From positions 34,857,960 to 34,921,959 of the forward strand of contig JBOZIK010000001.1 of NCBI GenBank assembly GCA_051453625.1: 64,000 bases of DNA. Direction: 5' to 3'. The notes beneath the pieces are model-generated. The model did no database searches. It saw only the letters and a program-made list of their open reading frames with translations, and was not told where the DNA came from. Of this stretch, positions 27,624 through 41,127 are shown piece after piece. The stretch comes from Welwitschia mirabilis. Its lineage: Eukaryota. How positions within the stretch are numbered: the stretch's first letter is position 1; each line of letters starts with the position of its first letter. A program made the translations under genes and the position numbers.

Positions 27624-29199
27624 TATTTGGGTAATAATAATGTGATGAATTTTGTATTTTCTTCTAATGAATCCTTTAGCTTTATTACCTATAGTTCTTA
27701 ATAAACTCATGTAACATGCATTAATATATGAGAGTCAACCTAAATTTCATATTCTAGAGAGGAATTCTATATAGAAACTTAGAAGAGTGTCTAAATTAAA
27801 AAGAATAAAACTAAAATGATTTTCTATTCTAGCTTAAGAATGAAAATGTAATGATATAGTGAATGAATGCAAGATTAAAATATGAATGCAACTTAAATGC
27901 AAATCCTAACCAAGTGTACCAAATTATTATCACCTAAGTTGGTCCTCATAATCTATATCAATTAGAAATAACTATTACTTAAATGAAATTAACATAAACT
28001 ACAAGGAAGATTAAAAGAAATTTTGAAAGAACATTTTAATCATAACTTTATTAATTAAAATGTTCACATCCTTTTATAAAGGAAGAACTCCTTAATGATT
28101 GAGATATAACTTAATACGAAGAAATGCCCTTTTCTATAACTAAGATGGATTTTTTCTTGAACTGATCTTTAAATTATCATGAGATTAATTGATTCACTTA
28201 ATATGAAAAATAAGGGATCTTAATGGGGTATTTATAAATTTGAAATGATGATTAGGGTTGTGAATGAGTTGTAATAAACTAGAGGTAATCATAATACTAA
28301 TTTCATAACCAATGGAATTTTCTTTTTATTCATTATAGCTATCATCCTTTTGGGTTTTGTCTAGATGATATGATGAATGATGGTTGACTCTTCTTATAAT
28401 AATGTCTTGTTCTCCATATGCCTTCTTATTGATGATTAAATTTCATACTTTTGATGTCATAGTGGTGGCATTTAGATAATTAAGTGGATGACTATCAACT
28501 ATTAATTTATAAGTTTTATTTCTTGTGATCCTGCTAGTCATCTGGGTGTTGTCTAAATGACTAGGTGGATGATGGATTATCTTTAATATTTCTAATTTTT
28601 TTATCATAATTAAATTTCTTCTTAGCATATAAATCTCTTTCCTACTAAAGCTAATACTACTTTTCCTTTTGCAAGTGTATTGATGAAGATCAGACATTTC
28701 ACTAAACTTCATCATGGCTTCTAATTAAATTGATACATTACTATCTCTTTTAAAGATGTTAAGTTTTATTATATACTCTATTAGTTTTTAGGGATATCTT
28801 CAAGATGTGATTTGGCTACTTTAATGGTTGTCGTCCTCTAGAATATTATCTGAATAATAGTATGGTTGAATATCAGTAGAAATCTATTTTCTCTCTTTAT
28901 TGATCCTAGTAGTTATTCCCTTAAGTATTATGTGGATGACTAGGTGGATGAAATTTTTTATTCATCCTCTAGCCTTTTGATCATCATTCATCATTCTACA
29001 CTAGATTCATAATGCTTTGAAAAAGTTAGGGAGTATGACATATGTTAAAAAAAGGGTTTTTTTAATCTTTGAATTTGGTGTTTTTTATGATTACCTTGAT
29101 TAATCTTTTGATTCTTCCTATTTATCTTGGAAACCTATTAAATATACCTAAAACATACTTTAAATATGATATTAAATATCACCACATGGACTCACAACA
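27624..29199 (-). repeat. 5' LTR of Athila element C
   Basis: Homologous to 18417-19967 and adjacent to the decayed PBS. Confidence 0.92.
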
Positions 29200-29863
29200 C
29201 ATTTCTTTTAAGAATAAGATTTTTACCAAGTCTTTGTTTATTTGTTCAAGCTTCCTTTATCATAGCTCCATTTCATTTGTAGTACTTAATAGATACTTGG
29301 TTTCTTTTTTATAAGTACCTTGTGAACTAGTGATGTAAAGATTGGATTTTTTTTAATTTTAGTAAATAAGGCTTTGGTTAAGTTATAGTATTTGACAACA
29401 TAATCATCTTTAGTACAAGTCATAGAAATATTTGCATTGCATAACTGACTAACACATAGGAGCTTATGTTGCAATCCTTCTATAAATAAAACATATTTTA
29501 CCTTAGGTATATTACCTCGTCCAATGGTTTTCATACCTTTGATAGCACATCTGTATTATTACCAAAGGTGATCAATTCTTTATCTTACTCCATCAAAGTG
29601 GTAAAGCTGAATTTGTTTCTAGTTATATGCCTTTTAACATACATTGTTAACACACTAGGCATGTTTCTTTACTAACCATAGGGAAATTCACACTACTAGA
29701 GCTAGTCTTAATTTTGGAATGGAATTCATATTTTCTTTGGTTTAGCCTGCAGAGAACATTATACCATACTTCTTGGTATTTTGACTTTATTAGTATAATA
29801 TCTAGTTTTGAATTTAATTAGATAATTAAATTGATAATACCCTTATTTCTAGAAATAATAATA
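29200..29863 (-). pseudogene. Continuation of Copia element 3 (protease and GAG-pre-integrase region)
   Basis: ORF 29286-29534 reads GRGNIPKVKYVLFIEGLQHKLLCVSQLC. Removing element C rejoins EL**RKLEQINKDLVKILFLKEMVKGLPKL in frame. Confidence 0.88.
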
Positions 29864-29963
29864 NNNNNNNNNNNNNNNNNNNNNNNNNNNNNNNNNNNNN
29901 NNNNNNNNNNNNNNNNNNNNNNNNNNNNNNNNNNNNNNNNNNNNNNNNNNNNNNNNNNNNNNN

Positions 29964-30383
29964 AGCTATTGGTGTAAAGGTTTCTTTCAAAGTCCAAGTC
30001 TTCTTATTGGTTCACATACCATTTATCTACTAACATAGCTTTGTTTCTAATAAAATTAACATTTTCATTTATTTTATTTTTAAAACTTCATTTTATGTCA
30101 ATAATAAGTTGATTAGATGATCTTAAAGTGAGTTCCTAGAGATTACATTTTTAAAATTAATTAAGTTTGTCTTACATTTCTAGCATATAATGTTTATTAA
30201 TTTTTTCTTCATTGAAAGGTTTGGATTTTAACTGTGAGATATATACTGCAGATTTATAAAACTCCTTAGTATGGCTTAAGTTTGAATACCACCATATAGA
30301 CCACCTATTATGTTTCTTATAGAGTGATTTATTCCTGGTCTAATTATGTTTGAAGAAGTTTCCTTAATTATTTCTTCTTCTTT
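29964..30383 (-). repeat. Near-identical copy of 17104-17522 (Copia element 3 INT-RT junction) on a mini-contig
   Basis: By-eye alignment shows only scattered substitutions over ~420 bp. It is flanked by N gaps on both sides. Confidence 0.92.
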
Positions 30384-30457
30384 NNNNNNNNNNNNNNNNN
30401 NNNNNNNNNNNNNNNNNNNNNNNNNNNNNNNNNNNNNNNNNNNNNNNNNNNNNNNNN

Positions 30458-33400
30458 TGCATTACTACCAAGAAGAACCATCTCATATCAACTACTATGC
30501 AGAAGAAAAAGATCCATTAAGAGAAATGATTGGTAAAATGATGAAAAATCAAGAAAACATTAAGAACTTGAAAAAATTAGTTGAAAACTTGCAACAATCT
30601 CTTTTAAAGATTCAAGGATCTTTCACGACAAAACATCCTCACAACTATTCCACCCCATTCCACCTTAAGGAAAATGAAGAGAACTTAGAAATTATTGATG
30701 ATGATGATTCTTGCGTTCAACTTGAAGATGAATTTATAAATCAAACTTTAACATCCTACTCATTAGAAGAAAACCAAAAAGGTGATAATAATAATACAAC
30801 TCAACATGTCAATAATTGGAATGAATNNNNNNNNNNNNNNNNNNNNNNNNNNNNNNNNNNNNNNNNNNNNNNNNNNNNNNNNNNNNNNNNNNNNNNNNNN
30901 NNNNNNNNNNNNNNNNNNNNNNNNNNATGACCACTTAGTAGAGAATGATATTGAGATATTACATTATACCCTTATCATTCATTTACTTTTAAATAAGAAG
31001 AGGAGGAATCTAATCATGAAAAAACTAAAAACATTTCAACCAATGATGAAGAATGATGTTCTTATTTATCTTGATAATATTTTTAATGAATCTAATTATT
31101 TAGAGAGTGAAATTAATCTTCAACAAGAGAAGGAAGATCTAATTACAACCAATGAAGATGAAATTACAATCAAACCACATAATGATATGGATACTTGTGA
31201 AGAAATTAAAAGCAATGAAGGACCTTTAGATATTTATTCCAACTTCATAGAGAATAGACTCATTCATTTCACTCATATTTCTCCATTTTCCGCCTTCACA
31301 TTCAATTGCAAATTACATCCTTCCCTTCATTCCCCATTCCACCTACATTTGCATCTTTCCATTACCTTATAACCTTGATAATAATCACCTTTCTCAATCT
31401 CTTCCAATTATGCCTTTATATAATTCTCAAGGCCATGTTCCTTTCTTTGACACTTATAAAACCAATCACTTTGAAGAGTCTATTTCTCTTATTTTTCAAT
31501 CTCTTCCTTCTAAACCTTCATTTGATCCTCAAAGTAACATTCATTCTTTTTTCACCTAGTCTATTATGCCTTATGTTTTTAATGATTATTCTTTTCAAAA
31601 GTTTGACTTGGCATATCTTGAAATTTTACATTGGGAAAAGCCTTACCTTCTTAATGGTAATCCATATTTAGAAATGAATCTTTTTAACCTCATAAAACAT
31701 TCTTAAAATCCCTTTAAGATGTCTTAAATCCATTATTTGAGTAATACTTTAAATGAATTATCTAATGATACTCATGCGTTATCTTGTTTNNNNNNNNNNN
31801 NNNNNNNNNNNNNNNNNNNNNNNNNNNNNNNNNNNNNNNNNNNNNNNNNNNNNNNNNNNNNNNNNNNNNNNNNNNNNNNNNNNNNNNNNNNNNNNNNNNN
31901 NNNNNNNNNNNNNNNNNNNNNNNNNNNNNNNNNNNNNNNNNNNNNNNNNNNNNNNNNNNNNNNNNNNNNNNNNNNNNNNNNNNNNNNNNNNNNNNNNNNN
32001 NNNNNNNNNNNNNNNNNNNNNNNNNNNNNNNNNNNNNNNNNNNNNNNNNNNNNNNNNNNNNNNNNNNNNNNNNNNNNNNNNNNNNNNNNNNNNNNNNNNN
32101 NNNNNNNNNNNNNNNNNNNNNNNNNNNNNNNNNNNNNNNNNNNNNNNNNNNNNNNNNNNNNNNNNNNNNNNNNNNNNNNNNNNNNNNNNNNNNNNNNNNN
32201 NNNNNNNNNNNNNNNNNNNNNNNNNNNNNNNNNNNNNNNNNNNNNNNNNNNNNNNNNNNNNNNNNNNNNNNNNNNNNNNNNNNNNNNNNNNNNNNNNNNN
32301 NNNNNNNNNNNNNNNNNNNNNNNNNNNNNNNNNNNNNNNNNNNNNNNNNNNNNNNNNNNNNNNNNNNNNNNNNNNNNNNNNNNNNNNNNNNNNNNNNNNN
32401 NNNNNNNNNNNNNNNNNNNNNNNNNNNNNNNNNNNNNNNNNNNNNNNNNNNNNNNNNNNNNNNNNNNNNNNNNNNNNNNNNNNNNNNNNNNNNNNNNNNN
32501 NNNNNNNNNNNNNNNNNNNNNNNNNNNNNNNNNNNNNNNNNNNNNNNNNNNNNNNNNNNNNNNNNNNNNNNNNNNNNNNNNNNNNNNNNNNNNNNNNNNN
32601 NNNNNNNNNNNNNNNNNNNNNNNNNNNNNNNNNNNNNNNNNNNNNNNNNNNNNNNNNNNNNNNNNNNNNNNNNNNNNNNNNNNNNNNNNNNNNNNNNNNN
32701 NNNNNNNNNNNNNNNNNNNNNNNNNNNNNCTTTTAAACTTAACTTATGTATTGCTTTATGAAGTTTCTATAACTAGTATTCATACTTAGAAATAATATAG
32801 TGATAAGATTATATTCATCCAATCTTAAGACATTTTCATATCTATGGACTTGACTTTGAAGGAAGATGCCTTAGTTCTTTTGTTCTTTTTTTTTTTTGTT
32901 AGTGGTATAAGGTCTTTGGTTATATAGGTATGCTCTTTTTTATATTTCATCTCACTTATTCACCTTCATCTTTTTAAGTGTTTTATTATGTAATAATTAT
33001 TGTGAGGGGAAAGAGGAGGAGGGAGGGGTTGAAGAGAGAGAGAAAGAGAGAGAAAATAATGAACATGATCTATTATATTGGTACTAAAAAAATACATGAT
33101 CACCATGATGTCCTACCATACTAAGGTAAATTTTTCTAAAAGGAACCTTTAGCACTATTGGTAGCTATGGAAACTCCACTGCTGGGTTAATTAATCATGC
33201 TTTGTATGTCCTTACTTCTCTAATTGTGGCTACACTTCCCTCATTATAGAAAAGTTGTAATAAACTTTGAAGCTATGAGATTAGTGGTGTTTTTAGTATC
33301 ATCAGAGGCATTTCTTATTTTTTAAACTCTTAGTATGTCCATATAACAATTTTACTTTTAAGGATTTGGGTTTGTTTTATGGTGTGAATAGGTAAGTTCA

Positions 33401-34332
33401 TTTCTGAGAAGCTTTTGATCTTATCATTCATTATTTTAAGCACTTGATCTTTGGTATCATAATAATCATTGCCTTTATAAGTGAAACTTTATGGATTTGA
33501 TACATTTTATTCTTCATTTTTACTCAAGTATATTTATGATGTCTTCCAAAGGGGTTTTCTAGATTAGAATTTAGAATAGGTAATCTATCTTATCTATGTT
33601 TCTTTTATTCATTTTCACTCTTCTTTTCTTTAGTTATTTAGTTTGTTATTTCAAAGCCTTTTTGTACTTTATCATTTTTACATAAGATCTTGTCATTTAA
33701 TAGTTTCCTTATTTTTATTCATAGCATATCACATTAATTTTATTTTAGCATTTTAATTAAATAAATGATCTTTTATGCTTCATGGTTTTATGAGATTCCT
33801 TTGTATATTCTAGAGTTCTATATGTTTTTTAATTTAGACACATTTGTTTAGTCTTATTATCAGGTTTTAGACTATTTAGTATTATTTCATCAGCTTAATT
33901 TTTATTTATTTTGTATTTTTCTCATCATCCTAACTTGTTATGTCTCTTGATCATTTACTCTTTTTTAAAACTTGTTGATACATTCTATTACCCTCTTGCT
34001 AATATTTAAGCTCAAGTTACTTTATTGACATCTTAATTTTTGAGAAAATTTTTAAGTTCCATCATTCACCTATTGTCTAGATGACATAAGGGATGACATG
34101 ACCAGACGACAGTGCTATAAAACTGTAGGATCATTTCTTTTTTCTTATTTTTCTTCATTTCTCTATTATTTTTGCTTGTTCTCTTAAGAGATGATAGTAT
34201 CCCTAGTTTTTGCTAATATGTTGGAACTTATCCCTACCAAATTCACTCACTAGATTCCTAGAGCTTTGTAAAAATTCAAAAATTAGGTATATTTTTTTCC
34301 CTTGTTTTTTCAATCTTTCTCCCATTTCATAG
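30458..34332 (+). mobile_element. Athila-type element E, left part: gag-like remnant plus 3' non-coding block
   Basis: LREMIGKMMKNQENIKNLKKLVENLQQSLLKIQGSF resembles the Athila gag C-terminal coil. 32940-33600 is homologous to 39730-40450. The region contains gaps. Confidence 0.6.
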
Positions 34333-35366
34333 TGTTGCACTACCAATTTGTGATTATTTGATTGGATTTTATGAGTTGTTTTGTAGGACATTTTCATACC
34401 TTTAGGTGTAATTTTGGGGATTTTAGAGAATTAATATAGGATCTCAGAAATGTACAATTATTACCTAGATTTGATGCATTTAAGGCACATTCTAATACAC
34501 AGAACCTTAAAGGAAGATTATTCATAGAAAGGATAGTTTCTCCTTTATAAAATAATTAAAGGAGACTATTGTCCNNNNNNNNNNTGAATCATTTGCTGAG
34601 TTATTTGTTGGGTTACCTTTTGTAATGATCTCTCATCCCTTATGTCATTTGGATGTTAATCAGGATGACACTGACATGTAACCAACTCTGATAGTAGACC
34701 CTTGACTATTTCATCTATTTTTTAATTGTAAAAGAGTGCATTTTTGGAGTACATTCTTCTATAATTTTCCATTAAGTCTTGTTATAAATAAGTCCTTCTT
34801 CAACTCTCTTTCTTATCTTTATTACATTGAAAATTCTCGTGACAGGAGATCAAAGGATGGAAGATCCATCTCGAGTGTTGTAGAAAGACTTTCCCTTGGT
34901 GGAGTGTTATGTATCCTTCATTGAGAGCTCATTATTTTGTAACCTAGATGTTATTAATCTTAATATAAAATCTATTTTTATGATTGCATATTAGTTTATT
35001 AGGTAACCCTTATGATTTATGTTACCCTTGATCTAGTGACAATTTCTTAGGTGATATAGATCATCAAGGGCAACCTTTGTTAAGGTTAAAGAAAGTATTT
35101 TAGATTCATTTTATTTTTTATTTAGATTAGATTACACTTTGTATTTGCATTGCATCTTTTATTTTTTGCATTGTTATTTGATTCTGGTTTCCATTTATTT
35201 TGTGAAAAGAAATCCAAATATCATCTTATAGTCTTCCATAAGAATATGATATTTGGGTTAACTTCCACTCATACTAGTGTGTTATATTATGTGAGAAATC
35301 TATTTTATTTCATAAATGATAAAATCTTTTTGAATATAAATTCTTGTACAAATACACATTGCAACA
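34333..35366 (+). repeat. 5' LTR of element D
   Basis: Runs TGTTGCAC...TTGCAACA and is homologous to 41128-42189. Contains a small N gap. Confidence 0.92.
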
Positions 35367-36149
35367 TCTTAGCGCCATTGCTAGGAAAGGCTATTGAGGA
35401 GTATGATGGTTGTCATCATTTAGATGAGTATATCGGATTTTCATTTAGCTATTTATCCATAATAATATTATATTTTATTAAGAACCATAGCTTTTTATTT
35501 TTGTTTTTAGTTTTAGTTTTAGCTTTCTATAGGAAAATACCTGTCGTCTCCTTTGTCATTTCCATTGTAGACAGGACAACAATCTACAATTTTACTTTTT
35601 GTTTTTAATTTTTGTGTTCAGATTTTAGTAAATAAAATTATTCTTTATTATGTCCTTCATCATCTAGATGACTAGGCAGATACAACTTTTTTCTATGTTT
35701 TTGTTTTCTACTTTTCCTATTAGTTGTTCCTTCTATTATTCCCATGATAAACAAGATGACAGTGTTGTTTTTTATTTGTTTTTTATTATTTTCTGTTTGC
35801 AATATGCTATGACATGGTTAAAATAGAAAAGAAATATCAAAGAGAAAAGCTATTGATAAAGAAAAATATTAGAGGAAGACTGCTAAACATCAAAATAGAA
35901 TTGGAAAAGCAATCTCTAGATGCACACAATCCTCCTTCTGAATTTATTTTTTTTGAATTAGATTTCATTAAAGAAAACCTTGTAAAATGAGAAAATAAAT
36001 TTAAATTTCGAATGCTATCTAAAAGCAAAAATAAGTTATAAGATCTTCTACCCCTAATCGTAATGAAAACCTTACCCTTAGATAATTNNNNNNNNNNNNN
36101 NNNNNNNNNNNNNNNNNNNNNNNNNNNNATCCCTAGGAGATGATGTTGA

Positions 36150-38450
36150 GCTGAAAAACTTAAATGCCTATCCAAATTTTAGAGGAGAAGATGATGAGGA
36201 TCCCTTCAACATATTGCAAATATTCAATAATTAATCCTTATCTTAAAAAATGAAAAGAAAAAAAAAACCAGTGATAGAACATACATGGTAATATTTCCCA
36301 TGACATTAAAAGATAGAGCTAAAAATTAGCTAAAACTAATACCTCACAAAAGCTCAAAAACTTGGAAACAATTCCAAAAGAACTTCATTAAAAGATTCAT
36401 GATTGAATAAATCATGAGAAAAAGGAAAAAGGAGGTAATAAACTTTCAATAAAAACTAAATGAAGATTATTCTTTCACATATGAACATTTCTTTATAGCA
36501 ACCCACTCTAATCCAGTAAATGCTTTCTCATGAGAAGAACTATTAAGCTACTTTTATAGTGATCTAAATCCCCATACAAAACAACTTGTAGATTTATCTT
36601 ATGATGGAAACTTTATGAACCTCATGTTAGAAAATGCCTAAGCAAATTTAGAAGAACTTGTAGAGGTTAGTCAAACTTAATCAACATCAAAATAAAATCA
36701 TACTATAGGAAAAATTTTCAAAGATTTAAATAAGGTAAAATAAAAAGAGGTAGAATAACTTATAAATTTCATGACAGATTTTACAATAACCTTATAGAAG
36801 TATGCAGAAATGGTTTTACATGACAAACCCACAATCGAGAGAAATGTTGTGCCAACCTATGATTTATGTTAAGGATAATTATCACATCAATAAAAACTAT
36901 TCTCTATTATCAATATATAAAGAAAGAATATGTGAAGAAGTTTGCACTTTCGATCAAACATCTTAAAACTTCAAAAATAAAAATAAGGTATAACTAAAGT
37001 TGAATACTCATTTTTAAAATAATTCTTAACTTTTTAGAAATTGATTCGAGAACTTAAACTTCAAACCAAGCTCATCCAACTTTTAACATTCTAATGATCA
37101 ACTCACAAAATTTTTGGATAAAATGAAAAAAATACATGTAACAACAAATGCCAAACTTGATAACTTGGTAAATGTCCTTTAATAAACAATGCTAGTACAC
37201 TAAAGACCATAAGGGTCTTTGGCTATATAGCCTTTACCAAATCCCAATGAAATGAGCAAATACTATAAGGTTGTAATACATAGTGGTTAAGAAATAGAGC
37301 CTCCTCCATATGAACCTTTAACCTCATAAATTGAATTTAAAGATGATAAAGAAGAAGAGAAAAACATTGAAAATTTAAAAAATTATAACTTCGCTTCTCT
37401 TGATAAAAAGAAAAGAAAAATTCTTTACAACAATAACCAACCATACCTTCGCTTAATGGGCTTAACAATAATTCAACTTTCAATGAACATGTTAAAGTAT
37501 CGATGAAAAATATAAGCATAAACTTACCCTTTTGGAAAATTTTAAAGTAAAATTTGGGGTACTCAAAATCTTGGAAGGACTTAACAACAAAAAGGTAAAA
37601 ACGAGTCATTCCTAGCAAAGTCTTTCTATCATAATTCCTTATAAATTTAGTGCTACAAAATCATCTAAATTTAAAGATCTAAGAGTAGTAATGGTGAATG
37701 TTACATTAGAGTGAGATAAAAAGATTAGAAAAGCCTTAATTAACATTAAAGCAAGTGTTAATCTAATGCCACTATATATTTGCAAGAGACTTGGTTTGAA
37801 GGATAGAATAGAGCCTACTTCAGTTATCTTAGAATTAGCAGACACTTCAATTAAGAAACCTTTAGGCATTATCAAACATTTTTTAATACAAATTAAAATG
37901 GCTTACTACCCAATAGATGTTATTATCATAGAAGTTGAATATAATAGAGGATACTCTTTACTTCTAAGATGAGCCTTTTGTGCAACAGTCCACTGCATCA
38001 TTGATACAAGAGCTAGAATAATGAAATGTCACTTTGGAAATAGCACATTTACAATTAAAGTCTTTAATGCGGCTGAAAAATATTTAGGTAATGATGAAAT
38101 GGACATTAAAGATAACATCAAACCAACTTCATTCATCCAACATCATTTACTTTAAGAAAGAGAGATGAAATTTCATGAGCTTATGCTTTGTGATGATTTA
38201 CTAAAAATTAAGAATGAAGAAATTAATGATACATCTAACTTTAAAAATGAAAAAGAAATAGAACTGGAAGTTCAACTTTTAAATTTACATCTTAAGAAAG
38301 GTTATCCATTACATGAGCCAGAAATTGAAAATCATAATTTGAATTTGGATGTAAAAAAATCTTTTTAATGGACTAAAAAATACTTTTCTTTATGATGATC
38401 AAATAAAACTCTTATAATTAATGAAAATATTTTACTAGAGTTATCATTAA
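36150..38450 (+). pseudogene. Degenerate gag and aspartic protease of element D
   Basis: RTYMVIFPMTLKDRAKN*L...TWKQFQKNFIKRF (retrotransposon gag) and ALINIKASVNLMPLYICKRLGL...LELADTSIKKPLGII (Athila protease, catalytic Asp decayed to Asn). Confidence 0.9.
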
Positions 38451-39804
38451 TGAAAATTTGTGCTTTTATGAGGTCATGTAGATCCCTCTCTTTTTCTAAT
38501 TGATTTTACTTAAAAATAATTGCATACTTTTGATGTTTTATCAATTAGTAAACTTTTGGTTTAGACCTTATTCTTTTGAACATCTTGAGACCATCTAAAT
38601 CAATCCTTTTTTTTCCTTATTTTTTAATAAAAAGTGTTAATTAGATTTAGGATTTAAATAAAATTTACTATTTTTGATGTTTTCTTTCTAGTTTTTATAA
38701 TTCTAGTCTTTGATTTTGTTTTCAGCTTTCTAGTTTGATTTTCTATATGTATCATTCCTTCTGTCATCCCCACGATAGTTAGGATAATAATATTTATTTT
38801 TAGTTTTTTCCCTTAACTTTATGCTAAATTTTTACTTTCTATTTTTGTTTTTTGTCTCTATCGTCCTCTCTGTTTTTTAGATGATAAGTAAAACAATTGT
38901 TTATTCTTTTGTTTTTTTTAATTATTTTGAGAAAATACATTTTTATGGTTCTATTGAGATTTCTGACTTGACTACTTAAGAATTTCAAGAAGTTAATAGA
39001 TAAAGGTTGGAATTAATCAAGCAAACTGTTTAAATTTTTTCTTAGCCATTTCCTTTGGAGGTCATTATGAAATTACTTGCTCATCTTTTGAACATGACTT
39101 ATGTATTTATTTTTATAATTAGTCTTTTGACTTGGGCATTTTCTAGTGGTAAGATTGGATTCACCAAATATTAAAACATTCATATGTATATTAACTTTAG
39201 TTAAAGGAAGATGCTTTATTTTTTATGTTTTCTCAANNNNNNNNNNNNNNNNNNNNNNNNNNNNNNNNNNNNNNNNNNNNNNNNNNNNNNNNNNNNNNNN
39301 NNNNNNNNNNNNNNNNNNNNNNNNNNNNNNNNNNNNNNNNNNNNNNNNNNNNNNNNNNNNNNNNNNNNNNNNNNNNNNNNNNNNNNNNNNNNNNNNNNNN
39401 NNNNNNNNNNNNNNNNNNNNNNNNNNNNNNNNNNNNNNNNNNNNNNNNNNNNNNNNNNNNNNNNNNNNNNNNNNNNNNNNNNNNNNNNNNNNNNNNNNNN
39501 NNNNNNNNNNNNNNNNNNNNNNNNNNNNNNNNNNNNNNNNNNNNNNNNNNNNNNNNNNNNNNNNNNNNNNNNNNNNNNNNNNNNNNNNNNNNNNNNNNNN
39601 NNNNNNNNNNNNNNNNNNNNNNNNNNNNNNNNNNNNNNNNNNNNNNNNNNNNNNNNNNNNNNNNNNNNNNNNNNNNNNNNNNNNNNNNNTTTTCTCAATA
39701 ATAAACAAATCTTAGATTGTTTAAGAGTGTTATTTTCTATCTTCATCTTATGATTTCACCTTTATCTTTTGGAGTGTTTAGTCATGTGTATCTTTTTCTT
39801 CATT

Positions 39805-39809
<5 letters not shown>

Positions 39810-39866
<57 letters not shown>
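39810..39866. repeat. (GA)n microsatellite
   Basis: About 28 perfect GA units. Confidence 0.98.
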
Positions 39867-39869
<3 letters not shown>

Positions 39870-41127
39870 AGAGAAAGAAATAATACCATGATGTTTTATA
39901 TTAGTACTATCTCAAAAACATAGTAATCATGATGTCATACCATAATTATACTGGAGCGAATATTTCTTAGAGAAGCCTTTGATAGTGTAATATGGTATAT
40001 ATGGAAACTCCACTAGGAGGTCAGTTGGTCATGCTTCGTGAGTCCTTACTTCTCTAATGGTCATTTCTCTTTCCTAATTATGGATAATAAAGTTATAATA
40101 AACTTTGAGGATATAGGATTAGTGGTTTTTCTGATGTCATTAGAGGCATTTTGTATTTTCTAGACTCTTAGTATTTCCACATGATCATTTCATTTCTTGA
40201 GATTTTGATGTTTGTTTTGGGATGTTAGTAAGTAATCTTATTTTTAAGCATTTCTTTGATCTAATCATTTATTGTTTAAAGCATTTCTTTAGCATCATCA
40301 TAACCACTACCTCATTGCATGGAATTTTTTTTACATTTAGTTATGCATTCTTAAAACCAAGTGATGATTATGATTTCTTTCATAGGAGTTTACTAAGTTA
40401 AAATTTCAATTAGGTGGACTATATTTTATTTATATTACCTTATATCCATTATTTTTGTTTTATTTTGTAGTCTAGTTAAGTTATTTCAAAGTCATTACCA
40501 TATTTTCTTATCATTTTATGCTTTTCTTACTTAGTTTTAAATAAACCATTGATTTCTTACTTGAATAAATATTTTTATGATGTTTAGTTTTAGTTGTTTT
40601 GGAGTTAAAAATGTTGTTCTTACTTACTTTTTATGATGAAACATTGATTAGACATTGATAAAATCACTTAAATATTTTCCTTGTCCACCCTTTCTATGCT
40701 TGTCAAAATATTTCATATATCTATATTTTTAAAATCTAACATTACTTTACTTAGCTTTGCACTTTATTTCTAAGCTTGTCCAAAGTCTAATATACTGATC
40801 ATCTGCCTTCTCATTCTTATTTACTTTTTCTTGCTTTATTTTTCAATATGGGATGTATTGTGTTTTTTTTTTTTTTTGATGGGAGGAAGGTAATCCATTT
40901 CATGACTCATTTTTACAAAATTTTGAGTTATTCCAAAGATTTCATGAGATAATTTTTTTTTTTTAATTTCATACACATTATGCATTACAGGTTATTTTAT
41001 TATGTGATGTGTTTTATGAGCCTATTTTAAAATTTCTAGATTGATTATTTGTAAGAAAAATTGGCTCACAATTATGGTTTTTTACTTGGTTTTTGTCAGG
41101 GACTGATAAAGGCTAAGTGGAGGGCTA

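Larger units (their letters stand above)
18417..29199 (-). mobile_element. Full-length degenerate Gypsy Athila-type element C, ~10.8 kb, TSD CATTT
   Basis: Paired ~1.55-kb LTRs, decayed PBS at about 27603-27620, PPT-like tract at about 19968-19995, and order gag-PR-RT-RH-INT. CATTT occurs at 18412-18416 and 29200-29204. Confidence 0.93.

Noticed and set aside
35150..35608. 152-aa hydrophobic ORF (with a paralogue at 41955-42146)
   Set aside because: It crosses the LTR end and PBS, starts at TTG, and reflects T-rich LTR sequence.
39717..39923. Arg-Glu repeat ORF
   Set aside because: This is a translation of the (GA)n microsatellite.
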